64,000 nucleotides of DNA, taken from contig LSRY02000051.1 of NCBI GenBank assembly GCA_001643675.2, forward strand, positions 248,001 through 312,000, read 5' to 3'. This document shows, piece by piece, positions 60,939-64,000 of the stretch (its first letter is position 1; each line of letters opens with the position of its first letter). The stretch is from Monocercomonoides exilis PA203 (Eukaryota > Protista > Preaxostyla). Under the pieces are notes generated by a model. That model was not told the origin of the DNA, searched no databases, and saw only the letters and a list, made by a program, of their open reading frames with translations. Made by a program: the position numbers and the translations under genes.

Positions 60939-62300
60939 ATGTTATTCTTCCTTTTTTCTCTCTTGTTTCTTTCTGAACTAATTGAATCAAAGATATATTT
61001 TAAGGAAGAATTCGACAGTTTGTATTTTTCAAGAAAATATTTGTTGATTAGCAAATTACTTTTAATGAAAAACATGAAATTTTTGAAAATTATTCTTTTT
61101 CAGAGGATTGGGCCTCAAGATGGGTTATCAGCACAGCACTTCCCGAAAGAAAGCTTGGAAAATGGGGGTTGGGAACTCCACCAAAATATCACAACAAGGA
61201 GAAGGCAAAAGGGCTGAAAACATTCACAGATCACCGACATTATCTCATCAGCGCTGATATGGGTAAAACCTTTTCCAATGAAGGAAAGACGTTGATTTTA
61301 TCATATTCTGTGATGTATCCAGAATATAAAGACTGCGAAGGAGCATACATCAAATTGTTGCCAGAAGTGATAAACCAAGAAAAATTCAACGCAACAGATC
61401 CTTATTACATCATGTTTGGACCAGATATTTGCGGAAGAGATAAGAACTTCTTCCAGTTTGTGATTATGAAAAATCAAAAGGCTCATCCAATCAAAAAGAT
61501 CATCAACAGCACTGCAGATGCAGGAACACATTTATATACATTGTTCCTTCATTTTGAGAACTACACCTATGAAATATTTATTGATGAAGATAGAAAATAT
61601 GATGGTAAGCTTTGGGAGGACTTTGATTTTATGGAGCCACCTATGGTTTGACTTATCATTTTTTATTTCAACTTTGCTAAAACTGAATTTTCTCTTTTTT
61701 AAGATTCCTGATCCTGACGCAAAGCAACCAGACGATTGGGAAACAGATCCAGATATTCCAGATCCAACAGACAAGAAGCCAATGAACTGGGATCAGCCAA
61801 TGGTGATTCCGGATCCTACAAAGAAGAAGCCCTATGACTGGGACGAAGCTACTGAAGGGCCTTGGGTGCAGCCAATGGTGAAGAACCCAAGATACAAAGG
61901 GAAGTGGGTTCCGAGGTTGATATACAATCCGAAGTACAAAGGAGAATGGAAGCCGCCTCTGATTCCAAATCCAAAATATGCCCCACAACTGAAGAAACTG
62001 CCATTTAAGCGAATCAGATACATCGGCTTTGATTTGTGGCAGGTGACAGCAGGGACGCTCTTTGACAACATCTTTGTTGGGGACGATGTGGACGAGTACA
62101 AGACATTCGTGTCTCAGACGTGGGAGCTGCAGAAGAAAGCAGAAAAGGGAGCATCGGAGACAAGCACAAGGGATGGCAATCTGATGGATGTGGAACCAGA
62201 GAATTATGATGATGAGCCTATTCCTGATGACACAGAGCTGGCTGACGAGGATATCGACAAGGAAGATGATGACTTCGAAGATGAAGGCATATCAATTTAA
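60939..62300 (+). CDS. CALR: Calreticulin (3+3 P-domain repeats) without a KDEL/HDEL signal; 3 exons
   Basis: Signal peptide, IYFKEEFD, DCEGAYIKL, YIMFGPDICG, THLYTL, three IPDP..KPxDW repeats, three GxWxP..NPxY repeats, GFDLWQV, GTLFDNI, and an acidic tail ending EGISI*. Confidence 0.92.
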
Positions 62301-62987
62301 CCAAATAAGCTCACTTCATTCTTTTGCTGTTTGAGTTCGACTGCAGAGTTACTACAAATTCATGATTATTGTTTTCTCAAACTTTTCTTCCTTTTATTGA
62401 ATTATTCCGTAATTTTTTGTTTTATTACACGACAAAATTAAAGTCATTGCGTGAACATGCGTTTGTTTTATATATCTTTTCAATGGACAGAATATTTTTA
62501 TTTTTGTTCGGTTGCAATTCAAATTGATCATGACCCCCTTTTTCTCTTTCAAAAGAATGGTATATAACTTCATTAATTCAAAATTTGAGATGACATTTAA
62601 ATCTGTGATAATTTCTTATACATTCTCATTATATTGTAGGAAATGCATAATGACAAATCACAGAAGAGATAAAGCAAAGATATTCGCAGGCTGTCATATT
62701 ATTTTGGCAGTTGGATTAAAAATTTGCATAAATCAACAAAATAAAAAATAACTGGAATTTTGAAACATTGATATGTTATAAATTTGAAAAAAATAGTTGG
62801 AAGTTTCGTTTGAATTGCAAAGATTTCTTTTATAAAAATAATTATTTTTCAATAAATCCAAAAAATGAAAAATTTAACAATTTCATTTTTAATATTCATT
62901 GAATAAAAAGCAAAGCAAAAAATTGTCTAAAATTCGTTAAAGAAGTGAGATGAAATAGTATATTTGAAGTTAGACCGAAAAAGTTAT

Positions 62988-63739
62988 TTAGATCATATCG
63001 TCCATTGGCAAAGGAAGTGCAGCGGCTTCAGCAACTTCTTGTTGGATTTGAAGTGCAAGAGTTGGATCCATTTGGATTTCTGGTGGCATTAACGCCATTT
63101 GTTCCACCAAGGAAACAGATGGATCTCCAAGAAGTTTTGACAAAAGCATCAAATATGGCTTTTCGATGTTGTAGTTCGATTTTGCTGAAATTTCAACATA
63201 TTGCAAATTCTTCTTGCGATGGAAAGAAACTTGTTTTGTTTTAACTTGTCTGTCTTTCACATCAACTTTGTTTGCAACGAGAACGATGGGAATGTTTTCA
63301 CAAACACGTGTAAGATCTCTGTACCATTTCTCAACGTTGTTGTATGTTGCACGTGAAGTAACATCGAACATAAGAATTGCGCAATGTGCTTGAATGTAAT
63401 ATCCGTCTCTCAATCCACCAAACACTTCCTGTCCAGCTGTATCCCAGTTGCAGAATGTGATCGGTCCGTGGTTTGTGTGAAGAGTGAGGTTTGTCACATC
63501 AACACCAACTGAATTAAAAAATTTAAAATTCACATAGGACACCATAAAAATAATTAAGTTCACAAACTTGTGGCTATATATCTCTTTTCGAATTCTCCAG
63601 TTCTGTGACGTGTCACAAATGTTGTTTTTCCAGTTCCACCATCGCCAACAAGAACGAGTTTAAAAGTAGGAAACGATGGGGCTGCAACTGGAGCAGAGGT
63701 CATTGCGGGAGCAGGAGCTGGAGCGCCAAAAATTGACAT
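62988..63739 (-). CDS. RAN: Ran GTPase; 2 exons
   Basis: [32 protein letters not shown]|[51 protein letters not shown]. Confidence 0.96.
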
Positions 63740-64000
63740 TCGATCTTCAGATATACAACAAAAGGGTTAAAATACCAGTTGAGGAAATTTAGATCACTCT
63801 TTTCCCACCATTTTTCAAAACTTGTTATTCGTTGAAATAAGAAAAATTACGAATATATCGAAATTGAATATCATCAATTAGAAAATTCACCCTTTATTTC
63901 CTAAACATCTCTTACTGTATTTCACAAATTATAAAAAAATAATAAAAAAAATTTTTTTCATTTGTACAATAATTGGAATCTATGTGTTCAAGAACACAAA

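Noticed and set aside
1-64000. Alternative genetic code (TAA/TAG = Gln, known in some oxymonads)
   Set aside because: Conserved genes end at TAA (RNase T2, APC11, Ran) and TAG (CHMP1, Rab11), and multi-kb exons contain no in-frame TAR.
1-64000. CRISPR arrays, tRNA, rRNA, prokaryotic operons
   Set aside because: No regularly spaced repeat-spacer pattern or RNA-gene signature was seen; the DNA is clearly spliceosomal-intron eukaryotic.

Overview
This is a gene-dense eukaryotic window in the standard genetic code (TAA, TAG and TGA are all used as stops), with short AT-rich GT-AG introns. The style and a characteristic expanded gene family suggest an oxymonad such as Monocercomonoides (inference). 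I can reconstruct about 21 protein genes: SF3B4, ATG8, CHMP1/Did2, RNase T2, a ~3,200-aa Gap1/IQGAP-type RasGAP, a ~3,900-aa TRAPPC8/Trs85, a TPR protein, a divergent Rab11, EIPR1/TSSC1, APC11, a probable CENP-H, VAC14, a secreted metallophosphoesterase, a TBC1D12/14-type RabGAP, an acylated LRR-WW-ZnF-HECT E3 ligase, calreticulin lacking KDEL, Ran, and several orphans. An AT-rich island at ~47.6-54.2 kb holds at least four families of nested or adjacent inverted-repeat elements (MITEs and foldbacks). One of these cleanly disrupts a gene with a TA duplication. The most notable signals are the E3 ligase architecture, the nested MITE/foldback island, a recurrent GATC-core motif in most very short promoters, a likely 5-nt microexon, GTTTG-biased splice donors, the cryptic CENP-H, and the co-location of ATG8, TRAPPC8, Rab11, TBC1D14-like, VAC14, EIPR1 and CHMP1. 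All exon models were made by eye and need RNA-seq confirmation. I saw no CRISPR array, rRNA or tRNA.
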